Positions 36,001 through 49,066 of a stretch of DNA of 64,000 nucleotides are shown piece by piece (positions within the stretch are counted from its first letter, which is position 1; every line of letters starts with the position of its first letter). The position numbers and the translations under genes were made by a program. Origin of the DNA: Lama guanicoe (lineage: Eukaryota); assembly GCA_013239625.1 (NCBI GenBank), contig MU053561.1:1783818-1847817 (forward strand), in the 5' to 3' direction. A model generated the notes under the pieces. That model saw nothing but the letters and a program-made list of their open reading frames with translations. It made no database searches and was not told where the DNA came from.

Positions 36001-39000
36001 GAATCTTCAGAGAGCTTTGGATACTAACCACAAATGAGCACTAAAAAATAAAAAAATGCCAGTTCAGTCCAACCAAAAAGGATGAGTTGGAAGTTACACT
36101 AAAACAGCCCTTTTGAAATACAAAATATCCCAGAGGAGTTCAACATTCAGGAGAGATTTTTAACGGCAAAGTACTTCCCAGTACACTCATCCTCTAATCA
36201 TAATGTCTCTTCGCTTCCTCTCTTGTGCCTAAAGGAACCTCAGAATAACCAAGGGGAAACCGTCAGTTACACGTTCTACTCACAGAGATATTGCCATAAG
36301 CCATCAGGATCGGGCTGATGGGAAGAGGAACCTATGAAGAAATTATTAAGTTAGGTCATTAAAAAACAAGCCTTTTATGGTGCTTACCACAGGCAGGGCG
36401 ATAACAGTATTGTGCAGTTTTTAAGAGAGACCTTAAAAAAGTATTAAGTTATTTAATAGTATAAAAGAATGATCAAACCTTTTAGTTTCAATAGTGCTTA
36501 CGAGTGAGTCTGGGCCATACATTTCACCTAGAAATCTGAAATGCTTACCCTGCATCCCAAACTAAAGCAGGAACTAAAGTTGAGTTTCTAACTTAATACA
36601 ACAGTCACCTCAAGCTAAAACTTCACAGCCTTTGCTTTTTATTAAGACAAAGCTTCCTTCCAGTTTCTCAATTCCTTTTTTCTAATATTACAGTTAGAAA
36701 AGATTCTGTTCCATTTATCTAATTTCCTGATCTGAGTTAAAAAATCCCCAAATGATGGTTTTTTCCCTCAGGAACTGTCTCTATTTATAAATGTCTCTCG
36801 GAGCGTAACTTAATGGGCTCCCTTACCTCTTTCCCTGCAGCTTTACAGATGGCTTTGTGTTCTTTCATTTTCGCAGTTTCTTCTCGGTATAGCTCAATAG
36901 CTTCCATGATCCTCTCAGCCTACACAGATGGTGACAAAGGACAGAAACCATCACAACACACTTGTCATCCCTCAGCACTGCAAGTGGAAGGCCTGACTGA
37001 GTGCTACCAAATCAGACTGCTTGAATCAGTTTAATAAAGAGGTGCCAGCAGTGTGCCGAACAGCATTTAAAGACGTCTTTGGTTGTTCATTTCTAATTTA
37101 CAGGGAGGAGACTAAGTGTCGTGGATTCAGGTGAGATGGTGTGGGGACACCCTGAGTAGGGAGCTCCTAGGACACCCGAGAGGTGCCACTTTCAGGAGAT
37201 CAAGCCTTCCTTTCCAGAAACCATGCACTCATTAAACAGATTCAAAACTACTCCCATCCTTAGTCCTCCTCCGAGGGAGAACAGAGGTTATGATCTCCAT
37301 CTATAAATTTCATCAACTTTTTGCCACAAAAGGGCTATTTGTTTGACAGACTTTTACTAAAAAATTGGGATCCTATTTAAAATTGATACGCTACATTCTA
37401 TATCAACTTACCGCTTTGACTGTTTCAATAGTTTTCTTTCCAGTAAAGTAATTGTCACCTTGAGTCTCTCCTGGAACCTGCCAGAAACAAAGAGATCCTT
37501 GAACAGCATTGTTGACAGGTGTTAAAGAGCCAATAAATTAATCTTATGTCCAGAAAAGAACAGGCATGACTCTGTTACAATGGTAACATGGTGTTTGTTA
37601 CCAGCTGACATGAATTGAGTACTTAGTGCCAGACACCGTGAGTTTGGGCAATCCATTTCACCTAGAAATCTGAAATTAAATATTAAATATTTATATGCAC
37701 TATCATAAGAATATCTTGCTCTACACATGTTTAAAGAGAATGCCCAATTTCTCAAATTTTTTCTGACTTTTATTTTACAGTGAAATAATTCCCTAAAGCT
37801 CCTTAAAAAAAAAGACAGAATGACAGTCATTCAATACCAAATCTGGTCAATCATTTGTCCCATAACATCAGGATATACAGTTAAATTAAGGAGGACTATA
37901 CAGATTCCTTCCCATATCAGCCGCTGATGACTTCAGCTTCTAACCCCAATTCTAATTCCATTAGAAATTCTCAAAATCATAGTAAATTCCAGGAGGATAA
38001 TTACAGGGCACAATCTGAGGGTCCCAAAAGTTTCACTTACTGCTGGTTGGTCTTCTTTGGCCACGCTCTCCTCATATTCTGCTTCCCTTTGCTGCCAAGA
38101 GACAGATAAAAATTCATTTCAAGAAAAAAAAAAAGTATGGTTCCTACGTGAAGTAAAATGAGACAGTGAGAAGCTGCTTCTTTCAAAACACACCCCCAAC
38201 AGCATCTGTCTCCTCCTGGCTGCCCAAGTGGTGTCAGCAGTCCTGGAAATGTCTCCTGGACACCCCTGGACTTGCAGTGACTGGGGTGTCGCAGCATCAG
38301 ACAGAAAAGTCCGGCTGGGGCAGCGTATCAGATATCAGTACCCACCAGAACACTTGTAACCGAGCCCGAAGTCCTTACCATCTCCCTCTCTTCCTCAAGA
38401 ATAAGAGGCTCCCTTGTTCTCTCCCAAAGTCTCAGAGATTTGTCATGGGACGACGACACCACATAGTCTCCACTGGGGCTGACAGCCAAGCACCATACTT
38501 CCTGGTGGTGCCCCTGGGCAGAGAGAGCAAAAACATCCAGAGTAAGAATCCCTTATTCACAGACCGCCACCTACTCACGATAGTGGGCGATCAACACTCA
38601 ATCTTAAAAGAAGTTCTTATGTACTAAGCAAGCAAAGCAGGTAGGAGGTTACCTCCAGAGTCTGTATATGTTCAAATCTGTCCGCATCCCACTGCTTGAT
38701 CTTATGGTCCTTCCCAGCAGTAAAGAAGAGGTGAGACTTGGGGACAAACTGTAGGTACATCACACTGAAACGTGACAGAAGTACCCAAATGTCATCAAAT
38801 TCCACATTATGAAAAGGAGTCTTACACACATAAATAGCTTCTGAACCGTTAGTTCTAGAGTATCTTGATTACATTTTAGAATCTCTATGACTATGTGAGA
38901 ACACTGAGTAACTGACACAGATGCTCCCGGGAAATGAAACTTACAGGTGACGCAACAGGAGACCTTTGAAAAGGCGACACCCACCTGTCGTCATGTGCAA

Positions 39001-42000
39001 ACAGAGACTTGTGGCAGTCCCCGAAGTCCAAACCCCAGATTTTCACATTCCTGTCGGCAGAGCCAGTTGCTATTAGTGCTCCGTCCTAGGAGGACGAGAA
39101 GTAAAACATTACCTGATTACCTGAAACTCTGTAATTAGAGAAAAGCTAACCAGAACATGTACCCCATTTCTTTCAAAACATTAATATCAGTGCCCCCAAA
39201 TTAACTTCATATCTTTACCAAGAGCACATACATCTTTGCTTTTACCTACAGATCTACTTAAAAAACTTGTTAAGTGAGCAAGAACTCTGTGGCTGTTTTT
39301 GTACTGCTACAGGGCAGTGCTGTGTCTTGAGGTAGGCTGTCTGTTTACTTTGTTAAATACAGCAAAGAATCTCTAATCTCTGTCATAGGGTTTACGGGGA
39401 GAGGAGGGAAAAAGAAGGAAGGAAGGAGGCTGGGAAAGAATCTATTAGAATGTTTATGACCTTGCCTTTTATGCCACATTCCTTATCACTATTTTGCTTC
39501 TCCTTCCTATTTCAGCACCTGGTTCAAATGGTTGTCAACATAATAAGAAAACTGAAAGTATTTTTTGACACCACTTTATTCTGTTAATGCACTGATCGCA
39601 GACAGAGCACGGGACCGATTCCTTTTATACACACTAGACATTGTTTTTAACTATATAATGCCATTCCTAATCGTAACTAGCCATTGCAAAAATATCATTT
39701 TGGTCAAGAAACTAAATGTATGCATAGTACAAATTACCATAAATATTGCAAAACTCCATTTTCCTTACCAAGGTTATCCTTCAGAACAAAGCGGGATGCC
39801 TTTTTGAAAGTCCCTCATACTTTAGGGTGCTCTACCAATTATATTATTTTAGACAAGGAAATACCATTTGGGGGATCCAGCACAGGGAGTTTAGTTATGA
39901 GGATTAATTCAGGTGTCTATGAAAATATTCTAAATGCATGAATACATATATATTTACAGTATGATTATAATACATATTATTTTATAATTTTTTAGGATAG
40001 TCAGTTATACGACAGACAGAAAAAATAAACACTAAAATGAAGGTATCAACCTAAGAACTAAGGAAGTACTTTAGAAAAGACAACTCATTACTGAGACACT
40101 ATTTAAATTTTACTTACATATGAGATGTCCATACATATAACAGGCAGTTTGTGTCCATACAGTGAGAGAAAAAACTAGACGTTAAAAAAAAAAGTATATA
40201 AATAACTCACATCTGTCTATAAAATATAGGCATAATTGTATGACATATAGATCTAAAATAGAACTTTAAAATACAACGCTAAACACTGTTCTGGATTGCT
40301 TTAGGTCTGTATTTTCAAAGACAATGACCAAGAACACTGAAGGCAGCTTGTCCCTATGTCGAGCATACAAACCCTGCACGCACTTGCCAAGAACACTGCC
40401 GCAGAGCGGGGCCGCGGATGCCCCAGTCAGAACGCGGCGCGGGGGTCCTCTCTGGACCTCTCAGTGGTAAAGCCTCTGGAGCACTTGTTTCACAACTGTG
40501 TTCCCAGGCCCAGTCCGGGCCTACCGAGACTCTGGGAGTACAGCCCAGGAATCTATACTTCTGAGAGCAACCCAAATGATCCTGATGTACGGCCAAGCGT
40601 GGAGTGACTGCCGAGCACACCTAGCAGTGCTTACAACTACTGGCCCCGACAGGATTTTCTGTCCACGGAGTTTCTGAAATACAACTTGCTTTATACAAAA
40701 TTTATGAACCAAAGGAGCCTTTTAAAACTCTAGCCTTCCTAGGGTACTTGTGCTGTTTTGATTTGCACATAAATTTTTAGAAACATACTACTGCTGGAAA
40801 GAGTCAAGGCCACTTCTTTATAGTCTTAACCCAAGTTCAGTCAGAAAGAAAGAAAATATTCGCAGGCACAGCCATTGTACCTTTAAAGTGTCAACATAGA
40901 AAATTTTCACAGTGCAGTCCAACAAAGACACAGCCAGCAGCTTCTGATTGGGAGAGTAACGGACACACAGAACTTCTTCATCTAGTTGCAAGGTCCGGGT
41001 CTGCTTCACAGAAAGCCTAGCATCGCAGAAAGCACCGAGGAAAAATAGTGAGCCCTCTACAAAGGCAGACAAACATTCTAAAAACCGTCTGGAGCTCAAC
41101 GGGAACATCCATGTCAAAAGCCCATTCGGTGGTTCCGTTTTCACTCCAAAAAATGGTCGCAAATAAAAAATGTCTACTCACCTCTTCTGGGTACTGTTCT
41201 CATCTTTCACCAATTCAAAATCCCAGAACTTGACAGATTTATCGGCCCCACCTGTCACAAAGCCACGCTGAAAATCAAATGACATTTCAGTTAAAAAAAA
41301 TCTTGTATAGAAACTTTGATAAGAAGACACATCAAAATAGTGCAAAAGACCGTTTTTATTTAATGGCATAGGGTAAGAATTAAGAAAAATGTGGTTTCTC
41401 CCTAACCCCTTTCCTTGTTCTTTGGGGGCCGCTGCCACAGATCTGTCTGAAAATTCCCAGCAGAGACAAATGTAGTCAGATGATGACCAAGGTCCTAGTT
41501 ACACTTTTATTCAGCATCAGGAATGAAGATCCAGTGGACACCATGGGTTATTTCTACTCCACATAAGAAGGCAACAGTCAAAATAATTTGCTGTGAAGAA
41601 TTAAAATCGTTCGACAAGTACACATGGACTGGATAAGCTAAATAAGTTTATTCAAAGTTACTTACCCTAGAATGGCATATAAACTTATTCCTGCAAGTCC
41701 CTGCTTAAATATGCTCAGAACTGTTTTCCAGTATCAAGAAAATTGGTCTTACCACACTGGAGTGTTAGTATAAAGTACAGAGGACATGGAGTCAGAAAAT
41801 TAGATCTCAAGTGTCTAGTCTGCCATCTCAGAGATTTGTAACATCAGAAAAAAGCCTTATAATGACCCTTAGCACTGTTGCTCTGATAAAGACTACCTAG
41901 TTTATAAAACCACTGTAAAAATACTAATAAATGACATCATGGATGTGAAAACACTTTGGAAAAGAGAACATTCTACAAATGCAAGGTGTTAGTAGTATTT

Positions 42001-45000
42001 AAATTTAAATGTTAAATGCTGTTTCATTTCTGACCCCAAATGGCATTACCTACTCTAAATTCCAGATTCCTTTCCCTGGCCCCCCCCCCCAAAATACCAC
42101 TTCTAATGAACAAAGGTTTGTCACCATTGGGAATATTCAAATAAATGGGCCACAATCTCTTAAAGTATCATCTAAAAATATCTCACACCGTTCTGAGCAA
42201 CAGCACCATCACTGAGTAAGTACGCAGTTCATCCAGCGTGACTCCTTTGAAGGGAAACACGCTGCTGCTGACTTGGAAAGGCTCACGTATTTACTAAACA
42301 TCTCTAGACTTATACAGTCATGGATTGTGGATGAAAAGGGGAGAAGAAAAGTCTACTCTACCCTCTGCATTATGATGCCCAAGAAAATATTTCCTTTTAA
42401 GGAGTATCACAAACACTGGTAAAAAGTCACAAGGGTGAGCAACGTGAGGCCGTGCAGCTGATGACCGAGAGCAGCTGACCCAGAAGTTCAAGTCAAAATG
42501 ACAGCTACTCATACCATCAGGCACAGGCTACGGAGCCAGACATAATGTCTGAAGATCAGACCAAAAGCAAGCTTTTTATAAAGGAACCTGAGAGAAGTCT
42601 CTGTCAGGCAGCAGCAGAACCCCGTATAAGACACAGGAAGTGCAGCCAGGGTGCTGGAGTCCAGACCCTGACTCCTGGTGTAGTTACCTGATCTGGAGAG
42701 AGAGACAGGGACCATAAAGCACCATCATGTGCATCGATTGTCTCCAGCAGATTTCCTGATGCCAAGTCATAAAGCTGCAGCTTTCCTGTCTACAGAAGAT
42801 GCAAAATGAGATCAGCACACCCACAGCCTCCACGATGCACATCTACACGGGTTAGAAGAGATTTCATAGCCCAGCAGCGACAACATGGCCCCTTGCTCAG
42901 GAAATGGCTCCCACGTTCCATGCTCTATACTTCCCACGTGAATAAACGTCAAATCCCCTGCTGAAGTGTTGCGTTAACCTTGCCAGGGTTGCTGTGCTAT
43001 ACAACCATGGAACAGCACCACCTCATGGTACTGGACTCTTGCCAGTACTTTCACTGGTTCCCCAACTCTAAAAGGGAAATATCATGGCCACGGGCTATAT
43101 CAGAATCAACATAACAGCACATGGGAAACTTAATAACCCTTAAGACGTAATCCTTTAAGTAGACTATTCTCTACAACAGTTGGCTTAACCAATTCTTCTC
43201 CATCTAGCTTTGGTTTCTTCCTCTACAATACATTGATAATGAGAAAGAGAAAAGAGAAATCTCCCCACCATGCTAGGGAGGGCAGTCAACTTAAAAAAAA
43301 AAAATGCAGTAGCTGAGAAAACCATCAGCCACGCTTCCCGCTTAGAATGCTGTATACGCTGTGGTCACGGTGCCGGCACAGAACACACGGCGGCAAAGCC
43401 CGCCCTGTGATGAGCTCGTGCACGTGTGTGGGAAGGGAGCACGATGAAGAAAGAGTCCCAGGGCTGCCTATCTGCGACTCTTGGTAAACTCGTCCCCATG
43501 AGCCTGTTTTTCCATTTGTAGAACAGAGTTTATATCACCAAGCTCTCTAGCGGCTGTGTGGGGATTAAACGGTAACATACAATAGCTGCCCAGCACAGAG
43601 AGCAGGCTGGGGACTGGACCCGAGTCGGACAAACAGTCTGGGAAGCAATCTGCAGTGTCTTCCCGACAGCAAACCGTGGATGGACATTTGTTTGAAAGAG
43701 TGAATAAAAAATGAGGGAAACTTTTAACTGAAATTTAATGCTCTTTCCCTGACACTGACCCTAAAATTTCTCCAGCTTATTTTATGCTTTTTGCCAAGCA
43801 AAAAACATCCATTATGATAACATAGGTTTCCTAACAAAATAATCATGCACATATGGCATTGGTTTAGGGGGATAATAATGACAAATACTTGCAAAGCACT
43901 TTTCCAAACATTCCACAGACCTCATTCCATTTTATTCCCGCTACTCCTCCTACTGCTGCTTCTGTAACCAGCTCTTATTAGCTATAAGCTGAGGTTACTG
44001 ACTTCGGTTTACATGAAAAAAACAAGGCTTACAGGGTTAAGTAACTTGCCCAGATGTCTCATAGCTAGGAAGTGGAAGAGCTGGGATTCAAACCTAGGCC
44101 TATCTAGGGCAGGAGCCTCTGTCAAAAATCAAGTGTCATCATCCCATTATGCAGAGAAGGTATCACACTAAAGAAGTTATGTGACTTGCTCTAAATTACC
44201 CATTTTAAAGGGGGAAAACCTGAATCCAGATCCATGTCTGCTCATTCCCTCATGGCAATCTCCCAACCTGATTAGCAGCCGAGCACTTGGTCACTCAGTC
44301 TGTCTTTACTGAATGCTTCCATCTGCCAAGCATGATGCACGTACTTAATGTATTTTATCACTAGTCTTCTCACAACACAGTTACGTATGTGCGTATAAAA
44401 AGATGCATGAAAGAGGCTGATCAACAAAATGTTAATGACAATTATCTCAGGGTCATGATTTTAATTTCCTTCCTCACAATTTGACATAAGTTTTGATTTA
44501 AAAACAACAACAACAACAAAACAAAGAAAAGAAACTTAAAAAGTAAACCTCAAAAAAGGGCAATGAACTAACACCCTCTCATGTTATCCGGCTCTAATAC
44601 ATTTCCCAGATGATAAAAAAGGAAGCAGACTTCTCAACAGCTTTAAGAATACTGAGTAGAGAAGTCCCCCAAATCCAAGAAAAAGTCTGTTTACCTTTGT
44701 TCCTATGACCACCTGCCGATCACCAGGTACAAAGAACGAGCAGAGCGCATACTCGCACGTCATTGTGCGAATACACTGCAGGGTAGACCTGGGAGAAAGA
44801 AAGAACAAAGGAAGAGCTCACGTGTTAGGAGGACCTGCTTGTCCACCTGAGAGGTCAGCAGGTACATTCAGTGCACACTTAGCCACACAGAGCGATCAAC
44901 ATGGAGACAAACCCTTTGAATAACCCTTGGCTTCTAGTCAAGGGAGAAAATATTCAATGGCACCTGACTTTGTTTTCGTTTTTTTTTTTTTAATCAAAGT

Positions 45001-48000
45001 ATGGCTGATTTACAATGTTGTGATAGTTTCTGGCGTACAGCAAAGTGATTTAGTTATACATGTATACATTCTTTTTCATATTCTTTTCCATTATGGTTTA
45101 TTACAGGATATTGAATATAGTTCCCTGTGCTATACAGTAGGACCCTGTTTATCTATTTTATAAATGGTAGTGTGTATCTGCTAATGCCAAACTCTTAATT
45201 TATCCCTCCCCTACCTCCTTTCCGTTTTGGTAACCATTTTTTATGTCTGTGAGTCTGTTTCTGTTTCATAAATAAGTTCACTTGTATCATATTTTATTTT
45301 TTATAAGTTATTAATTTTTATTGATTTTTTAAAAAATAAAACATTTTCTATTTTGTTATTTATTGGAAGGGAGGTAATTAGGTTTGTTTATTTATTTAAT
45401 GGAGGTTCTGGGGATTGAACCCAGGACCTCCTGCATGCTAAGCAGGTGCTCTCCTGATGAGCTATGCCCTCCTCCCCAGTGTGTGTCCTATTTTAGGATT
45501 CCACATATAAGTTGTATCATATGATATCTGCCTTCTGCTTTCTGACTTACTTCATTTCGTGTGATAATCTCTAGGTCTAACTTTGTTTTCTTGGTTAGGG
45601 GCTCCCAATCCTAAGGAACAGATTCTACAAAAGCAGGGCTGGGAAAAGCATCTGCTGGGCTCAGGACAGCCTGACCCGCCGCTATAAAGAAGCGAGCCCA
45701 GAGGACTGCAAGTCGAATTAGCGTATCACACCCCTGCAAATAAAGTTCATTTTATTAGACCGTAAACACTCATCCATTCAACAAATATGTATCAAATGCC
45801 CACTTCATTCAACATTTTCTCAATGCCAGGCACTCTTCTAGGTGCTGGAGATATAACTGAATAAAACAGAAGAGGCCGACTCTCATAAAGCTTAACATCC
45901 TTTGGAAATGAGACAGATACTGGTGTATCAGGTGACAGCAGGTGCTGTGGAGAAACCCAGCCCTGGGGGAGGGGATGAAGAGCGCAAGGCAGGAAGGGGA
46001 TAGCAGGACTGTCATTTGATGGGAAGACAGGGAGAAAGCCCGTAGCCGAATGGAGAAGATGGTTCTAGGCAGAAAGGAGACAGAGCACAAGAGCCACGAC
46101 ACAGGCACATTCTTGTCGTGTTTAAGGGGTAACAGAAAGGCGAGTGCGGCTCCAGTGGAGCAGCAGGGAAGGGAAGTAAGAGGTAAGAGAACAAGGTCTG
46201 TAAGGACTCTGGCTTCCAGTCCACATGAGATAGAACTACTGGAAGTGCTGTAACTTCCCGGATAAAAAGCTTACACTGGCTGCTGTGCTGAGAACAGACA
46301 GCAGAGGGGCAAGTAAGGAAGCGTGGACACCAGACAGAAGTTCCTACAACAATCCAGATGACAGTGAGACCCGGTCTGGACCGGGTCGTGGCAGGGCAGG
46401 TGATGAGACGTTGCTGAATTCCAGTTAGTCTCAAAGGTAGAGATGACAGGATTTGCTAATTAACCGGACGTGGGAAATAAAAGAGAATCAAGAATGGCTA
46501 CAAGGTTCTGGGCTGGCACAACCGCAGGAAGCAATCATGTACTAAGATGGGGAGGTCTGTCTGTAAGAACAGCAGGTGGGGAGACCCAGAGAAATGAAGA
46601 TCACAAGTACGGTCCAGACACATAAAGGTCTGAGATGCCTAATTAGACATCCAAGGGGTGATACAAACAAAGGATATGGAAATATGAGTCTGCTGTTCGG
46701 GGAGAGGCTAGGACTAGGGATATAAATTTATGTGTCACCAGAATAGAGAAAGCCACCTGACTAGAGGTCGCAGAAAGTGAGTGTAGAGAAAACGTCCAAA
46801 GACTGCCCTGAAGTGCTCCAACATTCAGGGGTCAGCAAAGTTAAAAAGGATCTGAGAAAAAACAGCTGGAAGAGGAAGTCATTAAAAGTCAAAGAAAAGT
46901 GTTTCAAAGAGGAGACGTTATCAATCCAAGGGGAGCATCAAATGAAGCTTACAGGTCACTGGATATAGAAACATGCAGACCACTGACGAGATGACGGGAG
47001 CTGTCGTGGGGAAGTGGTGGGGGTAAACGTCTGACGGGAGACGGAGGAAGACAGCCTGGAGAAAACAAATCGGAGGAGGGGGAGCTAAGCGGAGAGAGAG
47101 AGGAGGATGAGACAGGGTTACTGTTCTCTTTCAGACGGGAGATATTACAGCATATCTGTATGCCGACAGGAAAGCTCCAGCAGAGAGGGAGGAAAACTGC
47201 TAGAAGGAAAGAGAAGAAATACAAGCCATAACGGACTTTTGTTTAGGGGCACCAGCAGTCACAGGAGGAAAGACAGATTATGTGGACACAGATGCAGCTA
47301 AACTGGCAGATGTTATGGGAACATCTGAATGGTTTTTAGATGATTCCATTTCTTGAGTGAACTAGAAAGCAAAGTCATCAGCTTAAAGAGGCTAGAGGTG
47401 TGTGAGGTGTGAGGAGAGAGAAGGTGCGAAAAGCATCCAGGCCAGCGAGGAATGAGAAGCCATGGTAAGATTACTGGACAGCACTGGGAGCCTATGTGAA
47501 CTGAGAGCAGGTAGCATATTTGTGTTCTTCTCTGGCCGAGAACAGCTATAAGCTTCAGACGTGGAATAAACTTGCATTTTTTTGCACCAAATGTGAAAAG
47601 GCCTTTTTTTCCCTACTCTAAACTCCACTGGCCTATGGTCAAAATGTGCTGAAGTTACATTTTGAGAGAACTGTATTTAGGGCCCCAAGAAACTAACAGC
47701 TAACCATCAAGAGTACTAAAAACTAATTCAAAGGGAAGAAAACACTGCTGGGTAAAGCTACAGAGGATCATTTCACCAACCTGTTCCATATCTTAACGGA
47801 ATCGGCTGCTGCTGAAAGGACAGCGATGTTGTCCGAGCTGAACGACAAAGTCCGCACGTCACTGCGATGACCCGCGATGGTGATTCTGTTCGTCCTGACA
47901 GGCTGAGGCGCTGGCACGGACGGGCTCAGTGAATATAATTCCACCAAGTTGTTCTGCAGCAGGAAGACAGCCTTTAACTCGCCTTGAGGCAAGTGAATCA

Positions 48001-49028
48001 AATCAAAGGACCTGCATGAGAAGACACACGTAAATGTTGTAGCAACCATCTTCGCTCGCAAGGGCAGCTTTTTCTGGGAGACAGGCCTTACAATGCCTTC
48101 CGTCTACACCAAGTCTGAGCAAATATGAAGGATTTTACAAATCAGGGTGCTCTGAATATTGGACAGCAGTCAAGTACAGGATCTTAAGTCAAAGAAACCT
48201 GGGCTCAGATAGTGGAACTGAGCTGCTCTGGTGTGTGTACTTTTTAATAAGGGACCTCAAATCCTTTTAGAACATGGGTGCACATTTTTCCTTTTAACTG
48301 GCAGCAGGAAAGAACTGTATGAGATGATGAGTGAGCCCACGGTGAGGCGGGAGCTGAGTGAGTCCCATGATCACTGTCTCTGAACAGATAATTCGTAGAC
48401 ACTGCTTACAAATAGCATGAAAAAGCCGAAACAACTTTGTAGCTTCCTATTTCTATAACACTTCAGATACTACATTTTACTCACTTGATTTTGGCAGAAG
48501 TTTTGATATTAGTCACCCGCTGGATCTCATCTTGCAGAGTCATTTCAACACTGACTTCAAGGTCTTCCTCCTCACCTTTGCAAGAATTTCCTCTAGGGGG
48601 CAAAAAAAAAAACCAAAAAACAAAAAACCACTATCATGCTGTTACCGCTCTTCTAGAAGCAGCTTTGCTATTACTAGTACTTGAGTCAAGTTCTGGTCTA
48701 AAACCAACAACCTATGTGAACCTGGGAGAGTCACTTAACCACACAGGATTACCATCGGGATGAAACAATGCAGTGTGTGTAGAAATGCTTTGTGAACCAG
48801 AATGCAATCAGTGTAAAGCATTATTCCACCTGATGAGTACCCTCAATAAACGGATTCTGAACGCAACAGCCCATGAAATTCCCTGGGACAAGTCTTTATC
48901 ATTCAGATTATTCCACAGGAGTCTTTCTGGTAAACTTCTCTAACTTCAGAACTTTTTAGAAAATCCATTAACCTGCACTTATCAATCCAACCATGTCAAA
49001 AAAAACCAGAGGTCTCAGATTTGCCTTG

Positions 49029-49066
<38 letters not shown>

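Noticed and set aside
37431..37443. Alternative + strand acceptor (gttttctttccag) in WDR3 exon 21 as the SPAG17 terminal exon
   Set aside because: The 36876 acceptor comes first and has its own AATAAA, so it is preferred; minor use of this site is not excluded
38166..38627. 153-aa + strand ORF
   Set aside because: Antisense shadow over WDR3 exon 19 and introns, with no homology signal
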